Assembly: GCA_964460615.1 (NCBI GenBank)
Contig: CAYWPX010000001.1
Location: 49,826-113,825, forward strand
Direction: 5' to 3'
DNA length: 64,000 nt
Source of the DNA: an uncultured Planctomycetia bacterium
GTDB lineage: Bacteria; Omnitrophota; Gorgyraeia; CAYWPX01
Part shown: positions 47,726-57,942 of the stretch, in pieces
Numbering within the stretch: position 1 is the stretch's first letter
Layout: each line of letters starts with the position of its first letter
Program-made: the position numbers and the translations under genes
Notes under the pieces: model-generated
What the model saw: only the letters and a program-made list of their open reading frames with translations
Database searches by the model: none
Told to the model about the DNA's origin: nothing

Positions 47726-48627
47726 TGGGTACAAGTCCTTCCAAAAAGTGCAATATCTGCGGCACTAGCGACCATTGCAAAACCGAATTTAGGTACAACA
47801 GCGTAGTTGTCGACAAATGCACCTTGTGTAATTTGTATTTTGTGACGACTACTCCGGATAAGGCCGCAATGGAAAAATCATACAAGGAAGACATGTATGA
47901 TAATTATTGGAAATATGACGGAGGATTTTACAAAAAACACTGGGAAGAGATGGAGAGCTACGAATCAAAATTTATTGAAGACCTTGAGCTTGAAGGCGAA
48001 AATATCAATAGCTTGCTGCCAAAAAGAGGTCGTTTGCTTGATTTTGGCTGCTTTAAGGGGAACTTCTGTAATTTTATGAAGCAAAAAGGCTGGGAAGTGA
48101 CCGGAGTGGATATATCAAAAGAGGCGATCGATTATGGGAAAAATAAGCTAGGCCTTGATCTATATTGCGGAGAACTTGAAAAAGTAAATTTTTCTAAAAA
48201 TAGTTTTGATCTCATTACTATGTGGGGTGTAATAGAGCATCTGCCGGATCCAAGGCGGATCATAGGCGAACTTAAAGCGTTATTGAAGCATCAGGGGTTA
48301 ATGGTCATCAAGACTCAAAGCCAGAATAGCCTTTTAACCTTGATTGGAGCGCTTATTTATAAGCTAAGTTTTGGTAGGATATATTCTCATCTTGAGTTTT
48401 TTTACAGTTTTGAGCATTTATACAGATTCAGCCCGGTGACTCTGGAAAAGCTTCTGGCGTCGGAAGGGTTTAAGGTGATCAAGATAAACTATAGCTCTGC
48501 TTACATTGCTCAATTTGCCTCTGATAAAGCAAAATGGTATATAAAACTACCGCTTGGTATAATTCAGAAACTTTCCCGGCTTTTGAATAAACAGGACAAA
48601 ATGACAGTTTTTGCATTAAAAGAATGA
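47725..48627 (+). CDS. class I SAM-dependent methyltransferase with N-terminal Cys4 zinc ribbon
   Basis: CNICGTSDHC...CTLCNLYF, then LLDFGCFKGNF (motif I) and LITMWGVIEHL. 300 aa. Confidence 0.65.
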   Translation: MGTSPSKKCNICGTSDHCKTEFRYNSVVVDKCTLCNLYFVTTTPDKAAMEKSYKEDMYDNYWKYDGGFYKKHWEEMESYESKFIEDLELEGENINSLLPKRGRLLDFGCFKGNFCNFMKQKGWEVTGVDISKEAIDYGKNKLGLDLYCGELEKVNFSKNSFDLITMWGVIEHLPDPRRIIGELKALLKHQGLMVIKTQSQNSLLTLIGALIYKLSFGRIYSHLEFFYSFEHLYRFSPVTLEKLLASEGFKVIKINYSSAYIAQFASDKAKWYIKLPLGIIQKLSRLLNKQDKMTVFALKE

Positions 48628-48676
48628 TTTCTTTTTTGAGTTGATCGTTGTTTGGGGTATCCGGAAACTAAATTCT

Positions 48677-50335
48677 ATGAAAAAAATATTATATTTTTCA
48701 TTATTTGTTACTTTTGTGCTTTCGATCTATGGACTTGATTGGGGCCTTCCTTCAAGGTGGTGTATAGACGAACCAGTTGCAAGGGCGGTAGGGATGATGG
48801 CGTCCAAAAGCTTAATTCCTGAGGGCGATCTATTGCATCCGACCTTTCATTATTTTATCCTCATTCTTTTTATTGCCCCGTTTTTATTGTTTTTGAAGCT
48901 CACTGCTTACCCGCTTGCGCTTGTTAAAAGCGCGGCATCAGTTTCCTGGATCCATCTTGCTACAGTTGACCCCAATTTCCCCCAGATGCTTTATCTGGTG
49001 GCAAGATTTTCATCGGTTGTATTTGCGCTTTTAATAATTCTATTAACTTACAAGTTAGCAAGTTCATGCTATTCCAAAAAAGCGGGGTTTTTTGGCGCGT
49101 TATATTTAAGTGTAACGATGGGGTTTATCTCCGAGGCGCATAAGTCGACCAGTTCAATATTTCTGGTTTTCATGCTGATGTTGACTATCTTTTCATGTAT
49201 TTACTATGTGAACAAAAAAAGCTTTTATAGATTTATAGTTCCCTTTTTTCTTGGCGGATTAACAGTGGCTACGAAGTTTAACGGCGGGATCGTCATCTTG
49301 CCATTGGCATTCTATCTATTTACAATTCTTAAAGAGCCTGATGGCGGAAATACAAGGAACTTATTTTTCGTTAAGGGTTTGTTTTTATCGGGGTTGATGT
49401 TTTTGGCGGGGTTTTTTGCCGGTTTTCCGGGGTTGCTGGTTAATTTACCGGACTATATATCTGCTATGGATTATTATAAGACTAGATATGTCCCTGCGGA
49501 GACAGGGAATGCAGTGCAGTTATTTATTTCAGGGATTCTGGGTTATCTCGTAACTTTAAAAGATTTTTATGGGATCTTATTATTTTTCTTAGTTATAGCT
49601 GGGTTTATTTTGGCGATCTTCAGGCTGAGGAATAACTTTGCTTTAAAATTGATATTTATTACCGTAATTCCTTACTATTTGGCATTTTCTTTTATTCCAA
49701 AGCCATTTGAAGCTAAATATATAATATTGATCACGCCTTTAATCCTAGTCATTAGCTCTTCATTGATAGAGTATACGGGAGGCTTAAACAAAATACTTAA
49801 AAGATCCGTAAACGTTTTTTTTGTCTTAATCTGGATCGTATCATTTTATTATACTTTATGCTGTGACAGGATCTATACTACCTACGACCTTAGATATGAA
49901 TGTACCAAATGGATCGAAGACAATATTCCTAAGGACAAAAAGATCATTATAGCCGGACATCCGGAGTGGGTGATACATACCAGGTTATTTAAGGACCGTG
50001 AAATACTGCTTTTAAATACTAAAGAAGATAATTTTAATCAGGCGTATAACAGGCTTTATAAAGAAGGATCGGTCTACCAGGTTAGCTTAAATGATGCCCT
50101 CAAGGTGAAGAAGGAGTTGAGCGGCTCGCATGACAATATAATTATTTACCCGGTTTTTATTTATTCAGACAGGCTTAAGATCTTCCAAAAAGTAGAAACC
50201 AAAGACGACGTTGGCATTGACTTTAGCAAGCAAAAAGTAGTCAAGGAGTTCAAAAAAAGCTATAATTTCTTCTGGAACCCCAATCTGGGGGGTTACGAAC
50301 CGCAGAAGATAGTTATTCTTACAGGGGACAAATGA
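48677..50335 (+). CDS. GT-C fold membrane glycosyltransferase (PMT/ArnT-like, GT39/GT83 family); likely start at ATG 48677 (MKKIL) rather than the track start 48641
   Basis: About 12 TM segments, then an about 180 aa C-terminal soluble domain. N-terminal loop DWGLPSRWCIDEP. It is paired with the upstream GtrB-like GT2. Confidence 0.5.
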   Translation: MKKILYFSLFVTFVLSIYGLDWGLPSRWCIDEPVARAVGMMASKSLIPEGDLLHPTFHYFILILFIAPFLLFLKLTAYPLALVKSAASVSWIHLATVDPNFPQMLYLVARFSSVVFALLIILLTYKLASSCYSKKAGFFGALYLSVTMGFISEAHKSTSSIFLVFMLMLTIFSCIYYVNKKSFYRFIVPFFLGGLTVATKFNGGIVILPLAFYLFTILKEPDGGNTRNLFFVKGLFLSGLMFLAGFFAGFPGLLVNLPDYISAMDYYKTRYVPAETGNAVQLFISGILGYLVTLKDFYGILLFFLVIAGFILAIFRLRNNFALKLIFITVIPYYLAFSFIPKPFEAKYIILITPLILVISSSLIEYTGGLNKILKRSVNVFFVLIWIVSFYYTLCCDRIYTTYDLRYECTKWIEDNIPKDKKIIIAGHPEWVIHTRLFKDREILLLNTKEDNFNQAYNRLYKEGSVYQVSLNDALKVKKELSGSHDNIIIYPVFIYSDRLKIFQKVETKDDVGIDFSKQKVVKEFKKSYNFFWNPNLGGYEPQKIVILTGDK

Positions 50336-51756
50336 AATCATTATTAAAAACTTCAGTTGCCGGGATCGCGCTTGGCTTATTTTTAACCTTTTTCCCTTTG
50401 GGTTTTGTAGTGGCTCTTGCTTTTTTCCTATGCATATACATTATCAGGGTCAAATCAGCGCCATTATCGAAGGGTTTTTTGCTTAAACTTTTCATTGCCG
50501 CATTTATTATAAGGGCGGCGCTTGCGGTCCTGAACTATAATTTTGGTTTAATCGGGGTATATAAGGGGGCGGATACGCAGCCTGACGCGGTGATCTATAA
50601 TAGCAACGCTTTTTTTATTGCTCATGTCCTCAAAGGGGAGGTGTATGAGCCGGGTGAGGATTTCAAGGAACCGTTTATAACCGACAGTATGTTTGAAAAT
50701 TATGAGATCTACAAAGGTTTTCTTCCGCAATTCGGCATATATCAGTATAACCTTTTTGTGTATTTGATAGGATTTATTTATTACCTATTCGGCTATTCTC
50801 CGGTGGCGGTGAAGCTTTTAAATTGCCTTATAGGGAGCCTTATACCCGTACTGACATTTGTTATCGCAAAGTACGTCTTTAGATCCGATGCTACCGCAAG
50901 GTGGTCGGCGATAATCACGATGCTCTTTCCTTCGATTGTATTTTGGTCAGTTACCCTTTTGAAAGACACACTTGTGGAGTTCCTTTTTATACTGGCTATA
51001 TTTTCAGCACTTAAGTTCTTTAAGGAGGACAATAAAGCTTATTTTCTGGCATATCTGGTCATTATCTTAATCTTAGGGTTTTTAAAAGAGCACATAAGGC
51101 CTATTCTTATTGGGGTGATCTTATTGATGGTTTTGATCAAAGCAGTCCAGAAGGTGTGGCAAAAAACAATTCTTACCAGGATCGTTTCTATTGTAATTGC
51201 ATCAATGCTTTTGGTATCGGTTATCGCCTTAAAGCATTCAGCAATAAAGGGCACCATCGAAAATGGGCTTTTTTCGCTTTTCAATTATCAAAAAACCTCC
51301 GTAGTGTGTTATCCAACGGCCGCATCATTTAAATTATACAAGGATTATGTCTATCAGACAGATAGAGGGATCGAGATCAGCGATTTTCTGGACATATCGA
51401 TAGTTTTCAGTATGGTGAAGGGGCTTTTTTATTATTTCTTTTCACCATTCCCATGGTTTGTGCCGTACAATCATTTTGGATTGCTTTTTTTCTATCCTCA
51501 GTCGATCTTCATGCTCTTATCTATTCCTTTTATGCTCATCGGAATAGTCGGTGGGTTAAGGACTAATACTTCAGTAGCTGCGTTATTAATAATAATTTTG
51601 GCATTTTTGGCGGTCCCTCAGGCAATGGCAGAAGGCGTAATAGGCAATGTTGTCAGGCATAGGGATATTTTCACTCCTTTTTTGATTATTTTTATCGTTC
51701 AAGGTTTGAGAATGGTATTTTTTTCAAAGGAAAGGGCTAATAAATACAGTGCCTAA
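50332..51756 (+). CDS. polytopic integral membrane protein (candidate glycan polymerase/ligase or further GT-C enzyme)
   Basis: 474 aa, at least 10 hydrophobic segments. No diagnostic motif recognised. Confidence 0.3.
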   Translation: MKSLLKTSVAGIALGLFLTFFPLGFVVALAFFLCIYIIRVKSAPLSKGFLLKLFIAAFIIRAALAVLNYNFGLIGVYKGADTQPDAVIYNSNAFFIAHVLKGEVYEPGEDFKEPFITDSMFENYEIYKGFLPQFGIYQYNLFVYLIGFIYYLFGYSPVAVKLLNCLIGSLIPVLTFVIAKYVFRSDATARWSAIITMLFPSIVFWSVTLLKDTLVEFLFILAIFSALKFFKEDNKAYFLAYLVIILILGFLKEHIRPILIGVILLMVLIKAVQKVWQKTILTRIVSIVIASMLLVSVIALKHSAIKGTIENGLFSLFNYQKTSVVCYPTAASFKLYKDYVYQTDRGIEISDFLDISIVFSMVKGLFYYFFSPFPWFVPYNHFGLLFFYPQSIFMLLSIPFMLIGIVGGLRTNTSVAALLIIILAFLAVPQAMAEGVIGNVVRHRDIFTPFLIIFIVQGLRMVFFSKERANKYSA

Positions 51757-52969
51757 AAGTAGGATCTTTTATATAACCTATGACGGTTTGCTGGATAACG
51801 TTTCCCGGTCTCAGGTAGTTCCTTATCTGACGGATCTCGGCAGAAAAGGTTATGATATTACGATTTTAAGTTTTGAAAAAATAGATAAATTAAAGCTGTC
51901 CAGTAAACTGGATCTCATTAAAGAGGATTTTAAAAATAATAACATCAGCTGGATTTATAAGAAATACCACAGATCTCCAACTGTACCTGCAACAATATAT
52001 GACATAGTAATAGGTGTTCTTACCGGCTTATCTATTAATAGAAAGCAAAAAATTGGGATCATTCATTGTCGTGGCTATATACCCGAATTAATGGGAGCAA
52101 TTTTAAAATTTTTCATTAGATCAAAGCTTATTTTTGATATGCGCGGGTTCTGGCCGGAAGAAAAAGTGGATGGCGGCGTATGGAAAAAAGATGGAATGAT
52201 CTATTCGGTATTTAAATTTTTTGAAAAGAGATTCTTTATTTATTCGGACCGGATCATTGTGCTTACTGAGGCAGCTAAAAAGACGATTCAGGAAAAATTT
52301 GCATTATTAACCGATATCACGGTTATTCCATGCTGCGTTGATACCGTAAAGTTCTCAGATCCAGGTCCAAGTTATTCCCCAAGCGCTGACCTGCCGGACT
52401 TAAAAAAGAGGTTTGTAGTGTTATATGCCGGAAGCCTGGGGACATTTTATAATCTTAAGGAGCTCTTAAGTTTTTTTACCGTTATTAAAAAGATCGACCC
52501 GTCATCATATTTATTGATCGCCTCTGATTACCCATCGGAGTCCGTTCTAAAAGAGGCCCAAAAGTTTAATATTTCGCCAGATGATCTTATGGTAAAAAAC
52601 CTGGATTATTGCGAAATGCCTATGGTGTATTCTCTTAGCAGTGTTTCGCTGATATTCTACACAAGGCGCTTATCCCTCTCAGGGTGTTGTCCCATCAAAC
52701 TTGGCGAAAGTCTGGCCTCCGGTGTGCCGGTAATAGCCAATACCGGGATAGGCGACTGCGATAGGATTATTACCGATGAAAAAGTCGGGGTTATCCTGAA
52801 TGATTTCAGTGTGGATGAATATAGAAAAGCATTTATGGGCTTAAAAGAGCTGATGATAGATAGAGATGGCCTTAAGGCCAGATGCCGGGCCTTTGCCTTC
52901 AGGTATTTATCGCTCGGTGGCGGGGTAGATAAGTACCTGGAAGTTTATAACAATCTGCTTAAAAAGTGA
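51749..52969 (+). CDS. family 4 (GT-B) glycosyltransferase
   Basis: 406 aa. The C-terminal LGESLASGVPVIANTGIGDCDRII fits the GT4 E-x7-E-type donor-binding motif. Confidence 0.6.
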   Translation: MPKSRIFYITYDGLLDNVSRSQVVPYLTDLGRKGYDITILSFEKIDKLKLSSKLDLIKEDFKNNNISWIYKKYHRSPTVPATIYDIVIGVLTGLSINRKQKIGIIHCRGYIPELMGAILKFFIRSKLIFDMRGFWPEEKVDGGVWKKDGMIYSVFKFFEKRFFIYSDRIIVLTEAAKKTIQEKFALLTDITVIPCCVDTVKFSDPGPSYSPSADLPDLKKRFVVLYAGSLGTFYNLKELLSFFTVIKKIDPSSYLLIASDYPSESVLKEAQKFNISPDDLMVKNLDYCEMPMVYSLSSVSLIFYTRRLSLSGCCPIKLGESLASGVPVIANTGIGDCDRIITDEKVGVILNDFSVDEYRKAFMGLKELMIDRDGLKARCRAFAFRYLSLGGGVDKYLEVYNNLLKK

Positions 52970-54021
52970 AAATGAAAATTCTGTTTATTGTACCATATCC
53001 GACCGAAGGGCCAAGCAACAGGTTTAGGATCGAGCAGTATCTTCCGCTTCTGAAAAAAGAGGGAGTATGCTATAAGCTCAGGCCTTTTTATAATAGAGAG
53101 CTCTATTTTATATTAAGAAAAAAAGGTAATTTTTTAAAAAAGTTTTTTTATCTTGCCTTCGCATCGTTAAAAAGACTCTTAGATGTCCTCTTAAGTTTTA
53201 GATATGATATTGTTTTTATTCACAGGGAAGCTTTCCCTACAAAGGACTGTGTTTTTGAATGGCTTTTCAGGAAATTATCTAAGAAAATAATTTTTGATTT
53301 TGATGATGCGGTGTATTTAAAAAAACCTGTTAAAACGGATTATATTGTCAGGGTCTCAGATCATGTTATTGCAGGAAACGGATTTTTAAAGAATTACGTT
53401 TCCGGCCTCAATAAGCATTCGGTTGTTATCCCGACAAGTATAGATACTGATAAGTACAAAGCGCTTAATGCCTACAGGCAAAAAATTGCCGGCAATAAAG
53501 TTATAATGGGTTGGATGGGCAGTTTTTCAACGGCTGAGTACCTTAAGGACCTTGAAGATGTTTTTAGAATGCTTCTGACCAAATACGACAATCTTGAGAT
53601 CCGAATAATCGGCGGTAGGTTCGATAATATAAGGCACGAGAGGCTACTTAATAAAGAGTGGTCTTTGGATAACGAGATCTCGGACCTTCAGCAGTTTGAT
53701 ATAGGGATCATGCCTATGCCTGATGATGAATGGGCAAAAGGCAAATGCGCTTTTAAGGTCATACAATATATGGCAACCGGCGTTCCGGCTGTAGCCTCAA
53801 ATGTAGGTATGAATAAAGAGGTTATTGATGACGGAGTTAACGGTTTTTTAGCGATAAACAAAACGGATTGGGTCAATAAACTTTCTCTTTTGATAGAATC
53901 AAAGGAATTAAGGTTAAAATTAGGCAGGGCCGGAAGGTCAAAAATCGAGAAATTATACTCAATAAACATTAATTTCCCAAAACTTATCACGTTGCTGAAA
54001 GAATGTTCCAAGGAAGGATAA
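52966..54021 (+). CDS. family 4 (GT-B) glycosyltransferase
   Basis: KVIQYMATGVPAVASNVGMNKEVIDDGVNGFL. 351 aa. Confidence 0.65.
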   Translation: MKMKILFIVPYPTEGPSNRFRIEQYLPLLKKEGVCYKLRPFYNRELYFILRKKGNFLKKFFYLAFASLKRLLDVLLSFRYDIVFIHREAFPTKDCVFEWLFRKLSKKIIFDFDDAVYLKKPVKTDYIVRVSDHVIAGNGFLKNYVSGLNKHSVVIPTSIDTDKYKALNAYRQKIAGNKVIMGWMGSFSTAEYLKDLEDVFRMLLTKYDNLEIRIIGGRFDNIRHERLLNKEWSLDNEISDLQQFDIGIMPMPDDEWAKGKCAFKVIQYMATGVPAVASNVGMNKEVIDDGVNGFLAINKTDWVNKLSLLIESKELRLKLGRAGRSKIEKLYSININFPKLITLLKECSKEG

Positions 54022-54022
54022 G

Positions 54023-55924
54023 ATGTGCGGTATTTGCGGTGTGGTGGATTCAGGCGCTAAGGGTTTTGTTACCAAAGAGCGCATAGATCTAATGGCCTCT
54101 AAGCTTATTCATAGGGGGCCTGATGATTTCGGATCTAGGGTCACTCCCGAGGTTGGACTGGGGCATAGGAGGCTCAGCATAATAGATCTGAGCTCACATG
54201 GTCACCAGCCCATGGCAAATGAAGACGGGTCTATCTGGATCGTATTTAACGGTGAAATATATAATTTTAAGAAACTAAGAGACGATTTAAAGAAAAAAGG
54301 GCATAGTTTTATTTCGGATACCGATAGTGAAGCTATAATTCATCTTTATGAAGAGGAAGGAGAAGAGTGCCTAAAAAAATTAAGAGGTATGTTTGCCTTC
54401 GCCATATGGGATGAAAAAAAGCGTACTCTTTTTGCCGCAAGGGACCGAGCAGGAAAAAAACCCTTTTTGTATTGCCAGGATGGCGAGAGATTTGCGTTTG
54501 CTTCAGAATTTGGTTCCATTATTGAAAGCGGAGTCGCCAAAAAAGAGATAAATCTTAAAGCGCTCGACAGCTTCCTTACTTTTGGCTATATCACAGCGCC
54601 TGCGACTATATATAAAAATGTGTTTAAGCTTCCTCCGGCGCATTTTTTAATATTTAAAAATAATACAATTTCAATTAAAAGATACTGGGAGCTTGATTTT
54701 TCGAATAAGCTTAATATTAGCGAAGAAGAAGCGGCAAGCGAGTTGATGAGGATACTCAAAGAGTCGGTTAATATCAGGCTTTATAGTGATGTGCCTTTGG
54801 GAGCTTTCTTAAGCGGCGGGATCGATTCAAGCGCGATAGTCGGCATTATGAGCGGGCTTTCTTCTAAGCCTGTGAAGACATTTTCTATAGGTTTTAAGGA
54901 GAAAAGTTATAATGAGCTCGGGTATGCCGAAGAAATCGCCCGGAGATTCAATACCGAACACCATGAATTAATAGTAAAACCTGACGCGCTTAGTATTTTA
55001 CCGATGCTGGTAGAAAGGTACGGAGAGCCATATGCGGATTCATCATGCATCCCCACTTATTATGTATGCCATGAAACCAGGAAATTTGTCACTGTGGCCT
55101 TAAATGGTGACGGCGGGGATGAATTATTTGCCGGATATGAACGCTACGGAGCAATGGTGGCATCTCAGGTTTATCAGAGGCTTCCAGGTATTTTTAGAAC
55201 AATCATTAGCAGTTCTGCTAAGACAATGATCCCTGATTCAATAGATTCAAAAAATATTTTTAGAAGGTTCAGAAGATTTTTTGACGGCATAGAACTTGAA
55301 AAAACCGCACGTTATATGAGATGGATAAGTATTTGTGATAATGGTTTAAAAAATAAATTATACAGAAATAACTTAAAAGAACATCTTTTGAACGATGACC
55401 CTTCCGGCCATATCGAGCCATTTTTATCTGACCAGAATGTAAAAAGTTTATTGGACAGGCTTTTATTGGCGGATACAAATGTCTATCTGCCGAATGATCT
55501 TCTTGTTAAAGTTGATATTGCAAGCATGGCTAACTCTTTGGAAGCGCGTTCGCCGTTTTTGGACCACAAGCTGATGGAATTTGCCGCGTCACTTCCCGCT
55601 GGATATAAACTGCGGGGCCTTACTAAAAAATACATTCTTAAAAAGGCTTTAAAGGGCTTATTGCCTGAGGGAAACATTAAAAGGCAAAAAATGGGTTTTG
55701 GTATACCCGTTGGCGCGTGGTTCAGGGGTGACCTGAAAAATTTTCTGATCGATACGGTCTTATCGAAAAGTGCTATTGGGAGGGGATATTTCGATGAAGC
55801 GTTTTTAAAGGAGATGGTGGACCAGCATATCGGCAAAAAGAAGGATTTTACTTTTCAGCTCTGGGCGCTTTTAATGCTGGAGCTTTGGCATAAAAAATTC
55901 TTTGACAATAAAACAATCATTTAA
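54023..55924 (+). CDS. asnB: asparagine synthase (glutamine-hydrolysing)-family amidotransferase (WbpS-like)
   Basis: MCGICGV N-terminal nucleophile Cys2. SGGIDSS PP-loop ATP pyrophosphatase motif. 633 aa. Confidence 0.85.
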   Translation: MCGICGVVDSGAKGFVTKERIDLMASKLIHRGPDDFGSRVTPEVGLGHRRLSIIDLSSHGHQPMANEDGSIWIVFNGEIYNFKKLRDDLKKKGHSFISDTDSEAIIHLYEEEGEECLKKLRGMFAFAIWDEKKRTLFAARDRAGKKPFLYCQDGERFAFASEFGSIIESGVAKKEINLKALDSFLTFGYITAPATIYKNVFKLPPAHFLIFKNNTISIKRYWELDFSNKLNISEEEAASELMRILKESVNIRLYSDVPLGAFLSGGIDSSAIVGIMSGLSSKPVKTFSIGFKEKSYNELGYAEEIARRFNTEHHELIVKPDALSILPMLVERYGEPYADSSCIPTYYVCHETRKFVTVALNGDGGDELFAGYERYGAMVASQVYQRLPGIFRTIISSSAKTMIPDSIDSKNIFRRFRRFFDGIELEKTARYMRWISICDNGLKNKLYRNNLKEHLLNDDPSGHIEPFLSDQNVKSLLDRLLLADTNVYLPNDLLVKVDIASMANSLEARSPFLDHKLMEFAASLPAGYKLRGLTKKYILKKALKGLLPEGNIKRQKMGFGIPVGAWFRGDLKNFLIDTVLSKSAIGRGYFDEAFLKEMVDQHIGKKKDFTFQLWALLMLELWHKKFFDNKTII

Positions 55925-55928
55925 TCAT

Positions 55929-56630
55929 ATGAATAGAAAATTAATTATTATATTCATTTCGGTTGCGGCGATGCTTGGAGTTTTTTTTCTTTTCAATATC
56001 GACGTGACCTACGAGAAGGGCGTTAACTATAAATGGGCTTCAGTCAAGATCCCTTTGTACCTGAAGATACTTGATTTTTTTGACAGGCATTACCATTATA
56101 AGCATCTTAGCGGGCAGATCGTTTCCGGGGGCATGAGCGACGAGGAAAAGGCCCTGGCTCTTTTAAGATGGACTCATGAAAATATTAAAAAGGTCCCACA
56201 GGGGATGCCTGTCATAGATGACCATACCTGGTACATTATAGTCAGGGGGTACGGTGCAAGGGACCAGGTCTCGGATGTCTTTTCAACTTTATCTAACTAT
56301 GCGGGCCTTTCGTCGGTCTATCTTAAGGTCTACTCCGCCGATAAAAGCTCGGCAATTCCGCTTTCGTTTGTCAGGATTAACGGTTATTGGACTTTCCTTG
56401 ACCCGTATGAAGGGGTATATTTTGCCGGTTTTGACGGTAAGATCGCGCCTATAGAAAAAATAAAGGATAAGGACCGGGTAAAGGAGATATCAATAGGCGG
56501 GATTTCCAAGACGGATTACGGACAATATCTGGATAATATCCCGGTTACGATCAACCCGGGATTTAAAAAATCTGCTATTCAGTCGCCTTTTAATAGGCTC
56601 TTCTATGAAATAAAAGAAAGGTTGAAATAA
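55929..56630 (+). CDS. hypothetical membrane-anchored protein (probable start MNRKLIII at 55929; track ORF starts 55902)
   Basis: Single N-terminal TM helix. No recognisable motif. Confidence 0.3.
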   Translation: MNRKLIIIFISVAAMLGVFFLFNIDVTYEKGVNYKWASVKIPLYLKILDFFDRHYHYKHLSGQIVSGGMSDEEKALALLRWTHENIKKVPQGMPVIDDHTWYIIVRGYGARDQVSDVFSTLSNYAGLSSVYLKVYSADKSSAIPLSFVRINGYWTFLDPYEGVYFAGFDGKIAPIEKIKDKDRVKEISIGGISKTDYGQYLDNIPVTINPGFKKSAIQSPFNRLFYEIKERLK

Positions 56631-56636
56631 ATAATT

Positions 56637-57941
56637 ATGCAGGAATCGGTTAATAGGATATTCAAGAATTTTACAAGCCTGATTATCTCCCAGGTAATTT
56701 TCAAAGTGCTAACTTTCGTAGTTATGATCATAATAGCCAGATTCCTGGGGGCAGAGGGTTTCGGCAAGCTCTCATATGGTTTGTCATTTGTCTGGGTATT
56801 TTTGTTTTTAGCCGATTTCGGACTTACGGATATTTATGTCCGTGATGTTGCGCATAATAGAGGGCTTTTAGACAAGTACATAAGCAATATACTTAGTTTA
56901 AAAATGATCCTCGGCGCAGTCAACCTTATAATAATTTTTGTTTTGGCCGGGATCTCATCGTTAGATCCTGACAAATTTTTCATAGTTCTTATTCTGGGCG
57001 CATCCATAATTATGGATTCTTTTATGTATTTTTTCAGGTTTATTTTCAGGGTCAAAGAGGATATGCTGCCCGAAGGATTTCTCATAATATTGGAGTCCAT
57101 ACTAAAACTTTTTGTGGTATTTTTAATGATCTCTTCAGGGTTCAGGCTTGCTGGACCCATATTGGTTGCATTGGCATTATTCATAGTCAGTTTTTTGAAT
57201 ATGACGATAAGTTTTTTTGTATTTTTAAAACAGACGAGATGTATTAAGCTCTCTTTTGATCTAAATTTCTGGGTTTATCTTATCAAGCACTCGTCCCCGC
57301 TTATTTTAATATACATAATGAGCCTTTTAAATTTCAGGGTGGATGTCATACTGCTGGCGATATTAAAGGGGGATATCTACGCTGGGTTATTCAATGCGGA
57401 TTTTAAGCTATTGGAGCAATTTTTGCTTATACCCATTACACTTGCATCTGTTTTTTTCCCGGTTTTTTCCAGATATTCGGGTTCTTTTGATAAGCTCGGA
57501 AAAATAATTAATAGATCGACCCTGTGGCTTTTTTTACTCAGCATTATTATAGTAGCGGTAATCTATATAAAGGGTGCATGGTTCGTAAGGATTTTTTATG
57601 GAAGTAAATTTGAGCTGGCGGGTGATCATATTTTTATCATGTCGTTATTTCTGATCCCGTTTTTCATCAAACCTGTTTTTGAGAGATTCTTTTATGTTGT
57701 GAAAGAGCAGTGGTTTGTCTGTAAAGTTTATGTGTTTAGTCTTGTCTTTAATTTGGTTTTAAATTATCTCTTTATACCGCGATGGGGAATAAACGGTTCG
57801 TCTGTTGCCACATTTATCTCGGAATTTTTTGTGGCGGTTTTATTTTTTATATTCTATAAGAAACTTAGATTTGCCAATATCGTTTCCGAAAAAGAGGATC
57901 TCGCTTATCCCGGTGACCAGATAGAAAAAGAGCTCTATTAA
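56637..57941 (+). CDS. wzx: Wzx-like MOP-superfamily oligosaccharide flippase
   Basis: 434 aa. SLIISQVIFKVLTFVVMIIIARFLGAEGFGKLSYG is the typical Wzx/polysaccharide-biosynthesis-protein N-terminus. About 12 TM segments. Confidence 0.65.
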   Translation: MQESVNRIFKNFTSLIISQVIFKVLTFVVMIIIARFLGAEGFGKLSYGLSFVWVFLFLADFGLTDIYVRDVAHNRGLLDKYISNILSLKMILGAVNLIIIFVLAGISSLDPDKFFIVLILGASIIMDSFMYFFRFIFRVKEDMLPEGFLIILESILKLFVVFLMISSGFRLAGPILVALALFIVSFLNMTISFFVFLKQTRCIKLSFDLNFWVYLIKHSSPLILIYIMSLLNFRVDVILLAILKGDIYAGLFNADFKLLEQFLLIPITLASVFFPVFSRYSGSFDKLGKIINRSTLWLFLLSIIIVAVIYIKGAWFVRIFYGSKFELAGDHIFIMSLFLIPFFIKPVFERFFYVVKEQWFVCKVYVFSLVFNLVLNYLFIPRWGINGSSVATFISEFFVAVLFFIFYKKLRFANIVSEKEDLAYPGDQIEKELY

Positions 57942-57942
57942 T

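Noticed and set aside
48641-48676. Track start of the GT-C ORF at 48641 (MIVVWGIRKLNSM...)
   Set aside because: The upstream 36 nt lack an RBS and begin 13 nt after the previous stop. The ATG at 48677 (MKKILYF, a signal-anchor-like N-terminus) is the more plausible start. I did not annotate the extension.
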